Positions 1-12,054 of a stretch of 64,000 nt of DNA are shown piece by piece. The number at the start of each line of letters is the position of its first letter. Position 1 is the first letter of the stretch. Below the pieces are notes generated by a model that saw nothing but the letters and a program-made list of their open reading frames with translations, was not told where the DNA came from and searched no databases. The position numbers were made by a program, and so were the translations under genes. Location of the stretch: positions 16,182,001 to 16,246,000 of the forward strand of contig OZ316775.1 of the NCBI GenBank assembly GCA_973851085.1, given 5' to 3'. This DNA comes from Ptychomitrium polyphyllum (Eukaryota).

Positions 1-1512
1 CTGTGTCGAAGCTACTCTTACTTACGATCACACGATTTGTCTACAAATCTTTACAAACAGAATTGTAAGAATCTGAAAATGCTTATCTTACTTGAAATGG
101 AATTATTAATAGCGACTTCTTAATTCTTTTTGGCAAAAAGCGACTTTGAGGTCATGAGATTCGAAACATGAAATCAAGGCTGCACTTGCCAAAATACTCG
201 TGACTTGGTTGGTAAACACAAGGTTGAGGCTAGGCTTGCTGAAATGCTCCCACATGATTGGTTTTTGTGAAACTGAATTCTGCAAGGCAGTCTATCAGTT
301 GGAGTTACTAAGTTGGGACTCTATCGTCAACGTAATGAAGACTTAGCACAAGCTTTTGGAACTCAGAATAGTGATTTGTCCACAGTAGTTTCACCATCAT
401 CAACACCAAGTTCAAGTGAACAAATCATTATGTATGCATTAAGATTGCCCTTTTCATCGTGTCTTTCAAAAAATTAGGTATTCGGAATGGCGGAGATAGA
501 AGGAGATCAGGGCGTTTGCATAGGGCGTGCAGGGTGTTTCAAAACAACTTACTTTGGCGTGAGCACTACTCGTAGGTCGTTGTGTTTCTGCAAATTGTCA
601 ATAACAATAATATCCCGAAGGCGGTGTTCCCATGAAGCTCCCAGAGCGTGCCCCCTAACCGTCAGTGGGGCATGTCCTGGCGTTGGGACACTCACCCTGG
701 CCCATTGACCACCTGATCTCCATCTATCTCCGCCAATTTCCCATCACTCTTCTCTTCACTTCCCTTGCACTGCCGTCCTTTCTTGCTAAGCCCCCTCTTT
801 CTCTCGCTCTACAGCTCAGCTTGCTTCATGGTCCTCATTCCAATCCACTTGTTCAACTGTTGCTGTGCTTCCACTGTAACGCAACGGTTCACTTGCACCT
901 TCTCCTCGACTTTGATGTGACTTTTGGAGCTTTTATGACGATGCTTCTGGGTCATGGAGGGGCACGGTGGGGCGAGTGCAGCGGAGGATGAGCGGTGGCC
1001 TCGGGGAGATGCTCTTGGGAGATGCTGATGATGTGGAGGGACGTTGAAGTAGTGGCTGTTGATTGATGCAGTTCTTGTTCCGCGATGGAGGGGGACCAGT
1101 GGTTGTTGTATGATGAGCGAGGTTTGGATTCGAACAGGTCGGCTTTGTTAGGGAGAGCCGGAGTTTTTAGTCGATTTTGGGAAGGAGGTGGGTTCAGACG
1201 CTGTTAATGCTCCGAGTTCGACCTGGGATAGTGCAAGCAGCGATTGCTGACACCCTTGCTTGTTCAGAATTTCCTTGAGGACGAAGAAGCACCAAGTTTC
1301 TTGAGGTGTGGAGCGTTTTTCCAGGGTATGTTGATGACAATTTTATTCGTTTCGGGACTTTTGGTGAGAGTTTCAAATGGAAGTGGATTCAATACCTCAT
1401 GGTTCTCCTTCCTCGTCTGAAAAGCACACACTAAGCATTGTCGAAAGCTTCAAACCCTAGAAAATTTGCATGTACAAACACAGTGGGCGGTGTTCAGTTG
1501 CAGAATACCACA

Positions 1513-4500
1513 ATGGGCTTCCCGCACTGCGACCATCACAAGGCGGACACCAAAAAGCCCTCTGGGCTGAGAAAAGGACGGCCGGTGGAGAATCCGGAAA
1601 TAGAGAAGAGAAGGCAGATGAGGAACAGCAAGTTGCGTCCTGTGCGCACGGTGCTTGAGATCCATGAGAAGGAAGAGAAAGAAAGGACACGCATGGCTCC
1701 CAAGGAAACCATCCTAGTTCCTCCGCAGCAGAATCTCATGTATGATTACCGCGTTCATCGTGGTTCTCCGAAAGCCCAATCGAAGGTAAGGATACGTCTG
1801 AACTTCTCTCAGCTCAAGTATTCTATTTCTGCTTGTTGAGGATTTATCACTGATGGTTTTTGTGCTTAGGTTTAGGCACCACCTCTAGACACAGCAGATT
1901 ATGCGGAAATTAAACCTTTTATTTCGCTGCAAGTATAGTTCAGGGATTCTTTTTTTAAGCCTTGACATTCTCAAAATCGCAAATATTCCTTCCCAAATCC
2001 CTCTATTGAACCTGCAAGTACGAAAGAGTGCAGCTCACGAAATGGAAAAAAGAACCAGTTTCCTATTTCCATTTCATTCTCTTAAGGTCATCGTGCGAGT
2101 AGGGTTGAGCTAGATCGAAAGTTATGGAAATATCTGAATTGTGGAGCACATTCAGAGGAGAACCAAGTGAAAGCACTGGAACAACTCAATTTAAAAGTGA
2201 AAATTGTTAAAAACAAATTGTGATTCCTTGTGTTTGCAGAGTGAACCATTACCCCCTACTAAGAAGCTGAAGCGAAAGAACGATGGAGACCTGAGTCGCT
2301 CAAGGACGCCAACACCTCGGCCCAAGAAGGTGTGCTCATTACATAACTTTCTCAGCAATTCTTATCTTCTCCAGAATATCAAATGTTTTCCTGTTGATGA
2401 TGTTGAAGGCATTAGTCTAAATGTTTGTAATTTCCAACAACTGCACATTAGGCAATTCCGGCACACTTCAGCCAACCATACTATAGTTGTAAGTGTGGCA
2501 GATTAAACTTCAGATGTTGTATTAAAGAAGCAAGAAAGTGCTTGTGTTTTGTAGTTTGACTGTTACCTGGAGGCACTGCCGAAGCCCGACCGAGAGGATC
2601 CAGATCCTCCCCCACCAAAACGTCCTATTCCCCACTTCGCTCCCTGGCCGATACCTCCACAAAAGGAAACTCAGGTGTGTTTCTTGACCTATCTTGATAT
2701 TATAGTTCCTCATCATATTAAATCGTAGATTGGAGCATTTTAATGGCAAATAGCTTTTCAATCATGAATCATGATCTTCATAATATTCAGCATTCGTCCT
2801 TTTGATAAAATCTCTTATTGATGCTGGTAATTGCTGTGACATACTTGACAGATTTGGCCAGGAGATTTGTTCTGGTTCGATGACGATGTGGAGCCCATGC
2901 TTGAGCAGCTGGTGGGACGTTGCCTGGAGCAGGGTTACATGGAATGCCAGGAGGGTCGATCGATTGAAGCCATGCGAGCTCAACAAGTTCGTCAATTCCT
3001 TGAGCTCATTTTTCTTGTATAACTTTCTCTCCATTAATACATTTGCTATGGTATAGCGTGTTTAAAATTCCGATTCTCACGACAATCTAAATTGGTTTCT
3101 TCTAAGAGAGTACTATTATCTGGGTGAAGAGGAGTAACTTGAGTGCCACTCAGTATATACACAGTATGTATGTAACATTGGAGAGTCATCTATGTTGATG
3201 TTCGGTTTCAGATAGAGCTTATTTAACTATCATGTTATGACTACAGCTGCGACTCAAACGCATTGTGAAACAATTGTACGTTTTTCTGAGATAAATAATG
3301 GCCATTCCTAAGACCGTCTGTTTCGTTTTGAAGCATGACAATGTTCCGGTGGAACCTGGTGGTTTGACATTGGCCAGGAAAACTTTGAGTTCATCAAGAT
3401 TTGTGAGGTTGATACCTGGCAACGCATGCGCCTTGCGGAGATCCGAGTTAATGAAGAAAGAGAAAGGCGTATTGAGCAAGAGAAGATCGCCGACTTCTTG
3501 GAAATGCTCCTGAAAATCAAGGCATGTAACCTCTTGTTTGTAGTTGATCAGCACTTACGGTACACGTGGTTTTCTTGTCCATTTAGTTATGAATCGAGAT
3601 TTGCTTGGAACTTCTAGACTATCTGTAATCAACTACAACTGTCAAATCATAAGTTCGCTGTCTAGAGTGGTCTTCATGCAGAAAATGAAGTCTTGTCATC
3701 TTTGTTCACCAATTCAGGGTTTTACTACTAAACATACATTCTAAAGAACCAAAATCTGGTACATTGGTTACTCGGAATATGGTTGGTACAGGTGGAGGCT
3801 ACAACTATTGGGAACGACTACTTGAAGCGGCTCAAGACCGAGGTGCTTGACAGTTTGGAAGCAAAAGGAATCTTCAAAGATCCGTTGGAGGACGAGGTCA
3901 TTCCATCTTTCTATCCATCTAATTGCAAATGTCCATAATGTATTACGACTCAAATGTTAGTCACAAGGATCTATATTTACAGTAAGTCTCCGTTGTAACC
4001 AACGCATAACACTTTCTGTTGTTTCACGACGGGCGCAGTTGAAAGTATTGTATTTGCCTGGATTAATAAAGGAGATGAAGTTGGAATACAACGAGATTAT
4101 TAAATACCGCCAGACAGTGAATCTCTTGGTAAGATATTCCAATCTCGTATTACAAGTGTCAACAAGATTGGTGTCGTGTGCGCAAATTTCTTGCTTGATC
4201 TGACAAATCATCCATACAATAACTGTCATCTTGTTCTCCTGTAGGTGGACGAAACAGTAGAGTGTCCACTATACATGGAGAGGGCAGATGAAGGAATAGA
4301 CATTGTCCTTGCAAGGTTGATTTCCACTCTGGATTCGTGGATTTCTTTTGAGGACAATGTGATGATGGAGATGGATGCAGCGGAGGCTGCTTCCCAGAGA
4401 ATTATGCAGGGCTCTGTCGGGGAGGTGGGCTTAGTGACCGATACATCTGAGACACTCCTGGGCGGAATAGTAGAGACAACAGGCGAAGCAAGTGACATGG

Positions 4501-4586
4501 CTCATAGGATCGTTGACAATATTTTTAACCAATGCCGAGAAATCGAGCAATACGCAGATGACGAGTCATCAGAGGAAGAGTATTGA
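1513..4586 (+). CDS. RSP3: Radial spoke protein 3-like (flagellar axoneme), 8 exons
   Basis: Exons 1513-1785, 2240-2329, 2555-2674, 2852-2986, 3378-3521, 3792-3896, 4039-4128 and 4245-4586 splice in frame (all phase 0; one GC-AG intron). The peptide has RSP3-like blocks NLMYDYRVHRG, KETQ-IWPGDLFWFDDDVEPMLEQLVGRCLEQG, EERERRIEQE and LEAKGIFKDPLEDE. Confidence 0.8.
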
Positions 4587-5760
4587 TCACCAGGTGTCAT
4601 AACAGAATTGAAGTTACTAAGCTCTCGAGCATTCAACAATAAAACGTTTCTTTCAGGCGCGTGGTAAGATCACTGCAAAAATGTACAGGTGATCTTCGTC
4701 TTTCAAATCCCTCAGTTCACAGCAGGTGAATACGTAAATTGTCAACCAAAAAATTCACCTTAGTTGATAGCTGCCCATCTACGTCTGAAAAGAATCACAA
4801 TAATGTCAAGGAGAACTTAATATCATTTCCTGTGTTGCCACGATGAACTCGATAACCTCTTACCCAGCTGCACAAAACAGTTTTGGACCAGCTCGGTTGG
4901 TAACAAGAAAACACCAGGAAGTTGAACATAAACATGACCATTATACTAAACACGAAAACGAATTTGCTTAAAATTACAGAATAGATCATGCTTACAATAC
5001 AAGACCAAAACAGAGAAACTTGACCTAATTACTTGACCGGAGTGTACCTCTGTTGCTCAGAGGCTGCTTGTAGTTCCCTGCACCAGAATGCTAGCCAGCA
5101 ATTGATCGTAGGCATGTTTTCAAACTTCGAAACGCGAACAGAAGACCCTTATACTTGCTCTCACCAGTCAATGAAGTATCTGTTTCCAGGAAAAGGAAGT
5201 CTTGTGCTTTTATAACTTTACGCCTCAACAAAGACATCAAAATTTCTCATAAGAATTGCGAACCCCATTCTTGCCCTTGACATATAATCAGAAAACCATA
5301 TTTGTCATACACTACGTATCATTATTTTCAAATTAACAACCTCAATCGAACTTACAACCTGAGCTTGCAAAATATAACCACAGTTTAACACTGTTCTCTC
5401 CGCAAATATTCAACTCCTACGAATCTCTCTACCACTGTGGCACTTCCAACACACACTCAGCCTTCCAATGATTGCCAATCAATCTCCCTCCTCCAAAGCG
5501 TTGTAGGAACTCATTCCTGTCTGCTTAAGTGGTCATCGCAGAGTGTTTCCATCCAAATTGGTAGCACCTAGGAGACCAGAAACTTAACTAACTTGCAAAT
5601 TCTCAGTCCCACCAAGCTATGGATATTACCATGACCTAGATCGCATTCCTGTCAGTAGAAAAAACGGAAGTGATAACAGCAATTTAGGAAGGTTAGAATT
5701 GCATAAAAATGGAGTACAGAAACATCAGGTCTGTAACAAAATCCATGCCTCCCCAGTCGA

Positions 5761-6276
5761 CTAAACCCTAGGAACATCCCGAGCGCTTCTGCTCTCCACT
5801 CCTCCACCATCCTGAGCACTTCTAGGTACAAAATTCCTACTCAGAAACTCCGAATTTTCCTTCCAAGCCTCACCAGTCTCGTACACCTCCTTCTTCCATA
5901 TGGGCACAGACGCCTTCAACTCATCAATCAAAAACTCGCACGCATGAAGCGACTCTTTCCGGTGAACAGACGACACCGCCACCAGAACACTCTCCTCCCC
6001 AATTCCCACCACGCCTATCCGGTGCACAATCGCAATCCGATGCAGCGACCATCGCGCCCGCGCGGCCGTGCAAATCCTCCGCAGCTGCTCCAGCGCCATG
6101 GCGTGGTACGCCTCGTACCGCAGCTCCAGCACCCGCTTCTCCTCAAACGTATCTCGCGTGGTACCCAGGAACGTCGCGATGGCGCCCGCTCGCGCATCAC
6201 GCACCTTGTCCACGTACTTGTTCAAATCGATCGCCTCCTCTATAATCTCCACCACATCGCCCTCCTCCCCCGCCAT
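5761..6276 (-). CDS. CNX6: Molybdopterin synthase catalytic (large) subunit, MoaE/MOCS2B family; coding region intronless
   Basis: Motifs AGAIATFLGTTRD, LELRYEAY, HRIGVVGIGEESVLVAVSSVHR and IDELKASVPIWKKEVY. First ATG at 6276 (MAGEE). Confidence 0.95.
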   Translation of the reverse strand: MAGEEGDVVEIIEEAIDLNKYVDKVRDARAGAIATFLGTTRDTFEEKRVLELRYEAYHAMALEQLRRICTAARARWSLHRIAIVHRIGVVGIGEESVLVAVSSVHRKESLHACEFLIDELKASVPIWKKEVYETGEAWKENSEFLSRNFVPRSAQDGGGVESRSARDVPRV

Positions 6277-7587
6277 CTCTTCCTCCCTCCACACTCCAGC
6301 GACCAACCAATGCAAACATCCACCACGACGAGCTCAACCGAACTCCAAGATCCTCACCTCGTTTCTTAATCTAGTTCTTAATCCAGTGAATGAGATAGAT
6401 TGCCCGTAACAGCGGCCTTCAGCAGTTTGGCACACATGGAGATCCAAGGTTGAAATGGAGCAACTCCTGTAAGGTTTTCATTTTGGAAAGATGTTCTACT
6501 CTGATGAAAACTAAATCTTTAAAAGTCGTAGGATCTTAAACATGAGTTTAAATGCACCTAAATTATATAGAAGAGAATAATCACATAGATATCAAGCTCT
6601 ATCAAGCTCTACTTTTGACTTTAGGTTTTGTATGGTCTGTTTGTAAGAGGGCAAGAATGGTTATGAAAATCTACCTCATAATCTTTTCTACCGACGACCT
6701 TTCATTGGGACTGACGATCTAAAAAGGTTACAGTGTAGCGGAAGAAGACACCTCATTTATGACAACAATTTGTCAGATTGTTCCTGCATTCTAAGCTTCT
6801 GACTGGCTGTTAGACATCTAACTGCAACGACAGTGTGCAGGAAAACTTGACTCGCACTTCGAAAAAAGCTCATATTCCAATTGACACAGGCGGGTTGAGA
6901 GCCAAGTGCCTTGTATCAAGTCGCTTCAGCCATTGTAAAGTTACCGAAGACTCAGCACACATTAACATGGTTATTATCATCAGTGTTGATTAGTTATTAG
7001 CAATGCTTTCTTCAGAGCAACAAGATGTATCACTTGCATCTATGGATTCGTATGGTTCGGTTCCATTATCAGATAATTTCCCATTTTTAAGAAATCTTTG
7101 GAAATCAGAGTTTGGAAATTAAAGTCTTAGACATCACTCTTGGCAAATGCTTCTTCAACGGCCCTAAAGCTATTACATATTTAATCCGAGCTACACAACA
7201 AGCCATTAATTATAGCTAAGATTCGAGGATTTGGAAAAGGAAATAATGAATCGACTGTGTCGATTCATGATAATCATTCACAACTATCCTAGGACCAGCA
7301 ACTCAGGCTCTGAAACAAAACCACTAAATAAAAAAATCATACTCACAAGTGGCATGTATGAATCAAACACTTTATTGTACACATACTGTAAAAAGAACAG
7401 ATTCTTTGGCTGGAGGAAGAAATTCCAATCCAAGCAACGTCCTCGGAAAAGCTTAATGTAAACCGTAGCAACTACAGCAAACGTATGACGCACCATGGCA
7501 CAAAACAAAACGAAACTGGTAGATATTATGAGTCACAATCTCCAACAAGCTTTGCACTGCAGAGGGTCAAATCGTCAAATTCCAAGT

Positions 7588-8550
7588 CTAGCTGCCGGGT
7601 GTGAAGTTGGTGGCGTAAGCCCAGGCGTTGTTTGCAACGGGGTCGGCCAAGTGGTCGCTCAAGTTTTCCAGGGGGCCCTTGCCGGTCACGATGGCCTGCA
7701 CGAAGAATCCGAACATCGAGAACATGGCCAATCGCCCGTTCTTAATCTCCTTCACCTTCAACTCCGCGAATGTGTCGGGGTCGTCGGCCAAGCCCAAGGG
7801 GTCGAATGACCCTCCGGGATAGATGGGGTCCGTAACGTCGCCCAAAGGTCCACCTGCAACGCGGTAGCCCTCGACAGCTCCCATCAGGATCACCTGGCAG
7901 GCCCAGATGGCCAGGATGCTCTGAGCGTGCACGAGGCTGGGGTTGCCCAAGTAGTCAAGCCCACCCTCGCTGAAGATCTGAGCTCCGGCCTTGAACCACA
8001 CGGCCTCGCCAAACTTGGTTCCGTTCTTGGCCAGAAGCTCGGGGGTCACGCACCCCAAAGCTCCGAGCATGGCCCAGCGGGCATGGATGACCTCGAGCTC
8101 CCTGTTGCGGGCAAAGGTCTCAGGGTCGGAGGAGAGCCCGGCGGTGTCCCATCCGTAGTCACCGGCGAACTCACCGTTGAGGTACGAGGGGGTCTCGCCG
8201 GAGAAGGGGCCCAACCACTTGGGTCGGTCGGCACCGTACCTGCTCAGAGAGTACTTCACAAAAGATGAGAAACCGCATTCCGACACAGAGACAATTTTGT
8301 AGATCTAAAGACTTTACAGTGACTACAGAAGCTTCGAGCAGTTCTAGAATTATGCATTGAACATCGATCACAGATCAGGTCAGATCAAGAACCAAGAAGG
8401 AACGAGGTCTCACCAGATGCTGCTGCTACTGCCGCCCTTGGCCATGGTTACGCGGGCCTGGCAGATGCCCACCTTGCGGGCAAGCTCATTGAACTTGAAC
8501 AGGCTCTGGCCTGCGAGGGCTGTGGAGTTCATGGCGGTGGCGGCGGCCAT
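7588..8550 (-). CDS. LHCBM: Major LHCII chlorophyll a/b-binding protein, copy 1 (2 exons)
   Basis: Exon 1 is 8550-8414 (transit peptide [15 protein letters not shown]...[14 protein letters not shown]). Exon 2 is 8239-7588, with [22 protein letters not shown] and [18 protein letters not shown] intron. Confidence 0.96.
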
Positions 8551-11453
8551 GCTGCAGCAATTCTCTTGCGATCAATGTGCACAAGCGGACACGAGAGAAA
8601 AAGGCGATGAAACTGAGTTTAGTGAGTTGCTGATGAAGGAGATGGTAAGCGATGATTTTATAGTCTAGCACAAGATGAGCTTCCGAGGTGCAGGACTACC
8701 AGCCTAAATATATCCATGATTTTGAGCCAGAGGGACCCGAATTGCGCTCATTGGATGAGGTGCCGCCAAATGGATTTTCGAGGGATGAGATCGGAAGCGT
8801 GACCCCTCACTGGTTGCTGGTTGCCCCGTTTGATCGAATGACCTCACTTTTGACAATTCCCTTCTCAGCCAGGAAAAAGTTGAATATGCCTTCTTCCAGC
8901 GAAGCAATTCCATTTTAAATTATGACCTGAAAGTTTATTTGCTTGTTTAGATTCTTACGATATGTGCCAAGTTGTGTACGAACCTGATGGCCTGGATATC
9001 GCTGCACACATCTTGTGAGCGGTAAAAGTTGTGCTGTATACAGTACAAGATTAACTTATTCAACAAGTTTTTATTAACCAATGTTCCTACGGCGGACAGC
9101 TTCAATGTCTTTTGAAAATGTTGTTCAAAATGTTGAACCGGAGATGATTCTATAGAGCAGAAGAATGTGAAAGCCGACCGTCTGTCTCAGTGATAATAAT
9201 TAAGAATATTTGTTGAGAAAATAGATATCCATGTCTTGGATGGACCCAAAGAAACAGGGCAATCGTGTAAGTGCAGTCGGATCTGAGTGGGTTAGGTGAT
9301 CCTCTAGAAGCAAAAGCGAGTCTATTCTTCCTGCTTTGTGACGAGCCGTCCCTAACAGACCTCTACTGCGTGCAGAGTGCTCTTCGCACCATTTCCATCA
9401 CGCTGAAATAGTCAAAGATGAGGCTACTGAATTGCCGGCAAAGGAACAGAAGTTACATTCTAACACTGCTCATCCGTAAGTGGACGCTCCCAGACCTATG
9501 ACGTCCAGACTTGCTTCATGAGGGTTCGGAGTTCGCATTTTGCATCTGGAGTCTACACTTACAAGGAGGCGTTGGTGGGGAGTCAGCGATGTCATGGATA
9601 CCTCTCAAGCTCACGGCATCGTCTGTATGCGCTGACGAGTGAAATACGGCGCTTCTACTTCTCGGTGCGATCTATATGAGTTTGCAAGTCGGCCAGCTTC
9701 ACTGAGCCTCTATCTTCTCGTCACCGTAAAACCTAGATTGGTTCTACTCGCATCTGGTTTCCCGTCGTATGTGTCTTCGTGTGCGAGTGCTTGCTGAGGT
9801 TGTGCATATGGATGTCTCTGTTGCATAGTGCTGGAGTCTGCACTTGGAGACTCCGTTCGTGATGATTTTCTCAGGAACAAGCTTCCCTCACCCTCTCACC
9901 TCATCTTCGGTTGTCAGACTGTTTCGGAACGTGACTAAGTTCCAGCTCGACAGCTTGGCACAGCTATGGAAAACACAAGCGCATGCAACCAGCAGTTGGA
10001 CGAAATGGCATTGTCAAAGTCGTGGAAGAGGATGCACGGATCAAGCGATCTGAATTACTTGTATGCACCGAGTTGGATCTCTGTCAAGGGCACGGAGACA
10101 GGGGAAGGCAGAGCTGTGCACTATTCTAGTGTGGAGCAGATCGAGAATTCCAAGGTGCACTGGAGCCTTCTGACGGAGTCCGATGCCCTGGAAGAAGCTG
10201 AAGTGAGCAACGTGTGAGTTTTTAGGGCTCTGCGAGTCAAGTGGGGTGATCATTTCTTTTACAAGTGGAGGTGGTGGAGGTGAATCGACGTTGCAGATTG
10301 GGAAGAAGTTTGGTAAGGGCAGATAGGAGAGCTTGGTCATACCTACGTCAAGTGGGGGTATCCAAAGCTGAATGAGGATGATCAAAAAGAAGGGTGCGAG
10401 TGGGTGCTGAAGGTCTTCAGAGAGGGCACTTTCTTAAGCCAATTGCAGTCCCAGTGACCCCGAGTATTCCTGAGATTGCCTACTGAAGAAAAAATTAATT
10501 GAAAGTTTGCTATAAGAGGTTCCCAAGGTTCTATAGTGACATATATCATGGCACATTGTTGAAGGACGCAAGTTTGCCTTTAAGATTTTTGCAATCTGAT
10601 TGGGAGCTAGATGAAACCAAGAAGACCGCAAGATCATGAATTATTTTTCAAGGAGGATGTTGAAAACATAATGCACCATCTTTCACTTGGGATGGATTGG
10701 TTGCAAAGTTGTAACATGCACTGAAGAAAACGGGTTGGATGGTCCATGTCCTCTTCATGGATACCGCACAGCAGCGTGTAGTATTTACAATTACAACAGT
10801 GCAGTGTACAGAGCATGTTTCTTTTACTGATAGTTGATATGTATGTATGTATGTAATGTTTATTCAACATCATTTTTAATTATTTACTGAGTTCAACTCC
10901 ATCTATGTCTATCTATTAAGCTCCACACCATTCAAATACATTTACATATTAAAAGAAAGATTGCTTTGTTTTGTTTGAGATAGGATCTTCTAAATCATGA
11001 AGTCAAGAACAATTCTTTTTCTACCAATGGAATGCTTTTAAAAAGAAAAGGTGTATATTAGTGGTTTCACTAGATTTGAAATAATATGTTGGCATCTATT
11101 AGATTTTATACTATTTTCATTTTTTAAAGATCAAAAATTTGAAATGTTTCAAAATTTTCATATTTTTTCACAAGCTTGGATCCCAAAGAAATTTCTAATT
11201 TTAAGCCAACAACACATGATATAGTGGTAGGAAAAGAAAAGAGGAAAAAAACGATTAAATAATACAATAAAACTAAATTAAAATAAAAACTTTCATCTGC
11301 TAAGAAATGGGTGCAAATAAAGATTTTTTTCCTATTAGGCCTTGTGATTATGCCTAAATAATAGATGGAAATAATCCAAAGTGTAAATACTATAAAGTAA
11401 TCAAAACAACAAATAGAATGTATTGGAAATTAATACTTTGAAATGGTAGTAAT

Positions 11454-12054
11454 TGTTAGGGACACAAGAAACAAGAAGCAGAAACAAAGTGTTTCCCAAG
11501 AATTAGCTTCCAAAGAACTAATGATTAACAAAAACTTGATACAAAGACTAGAACAAGGTAGGATTCAAGATGATCCACAACTTGTGTTGGCAAGACTAAG
11601 GAATACCTTATCTTGCCTCCTATTTATACTATGACGTTTGTATCACCTAGGATACTTCTAAAGAAGCTTCCTATAAGGCTTAAGAATGTTCTGGAAGTCT
11701 AGGGAACCTTCCCAAGAAGTTTCCTAAGATGTTGAAACCTTCTTAAGAGTCTTCCAAGGAGTTGGAACCTTCCTTAGAAGTTTCCTAAGGTAGCGGAACT
11801 TTCTTAGGAAGTTTCCTAAAGAAGTAGAACCTTCCTAGGAAGTTTCCTAAGGTGATGGAACCTTCCTAGGAAATTTCGTAAGATGATAGAACTTTCCTAG
11901 GAACTTTCCTAAAGTGGGGAACTTTCCTAGGAAGCTTCCTAAGAACATGGAAGGATTATGGAGACATCTAAAAGTATTCTAAGAAGCTATTATAATATAC
12001 TAGAAGGTTCTAGAATGTTCTAAGGACTAGGTTGCATGATCTATGTCCGTGACA
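11454..12054 (-). repeat. 3' LTR of the chromovirus element
   Basis: Runs from tgttagggacac to gtccgtgaca; highly similar direct repeat of 17445-18015; contains an internal ~30-bp tandem array. Confidence 0.95.

Noticed and set aside
487..1400. Short ORFs and a Lys/Glu-rich minus-strand frame upstream of RSP3
   Set aside because: The frames are interrupted by stops, with no recognisable domain or consistent splice model.
5944..6409. Plus-strand ORFs overlapping CNX6
   Set aside because: Antisense shadows of a GC-rich coding region.
7495..8268. Plus-strand ORFs repeated at 25534-26220
   Set aside because: Antisense shadows of the GC-rich LHCII exons.
11703..11941. Regular ~30-bp repeats resembling a CRISPR array
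   Set aside because: The units are contiguous with no unique spacers, lie inside an LTR, and there are no cas genes in this eukaryotic context.
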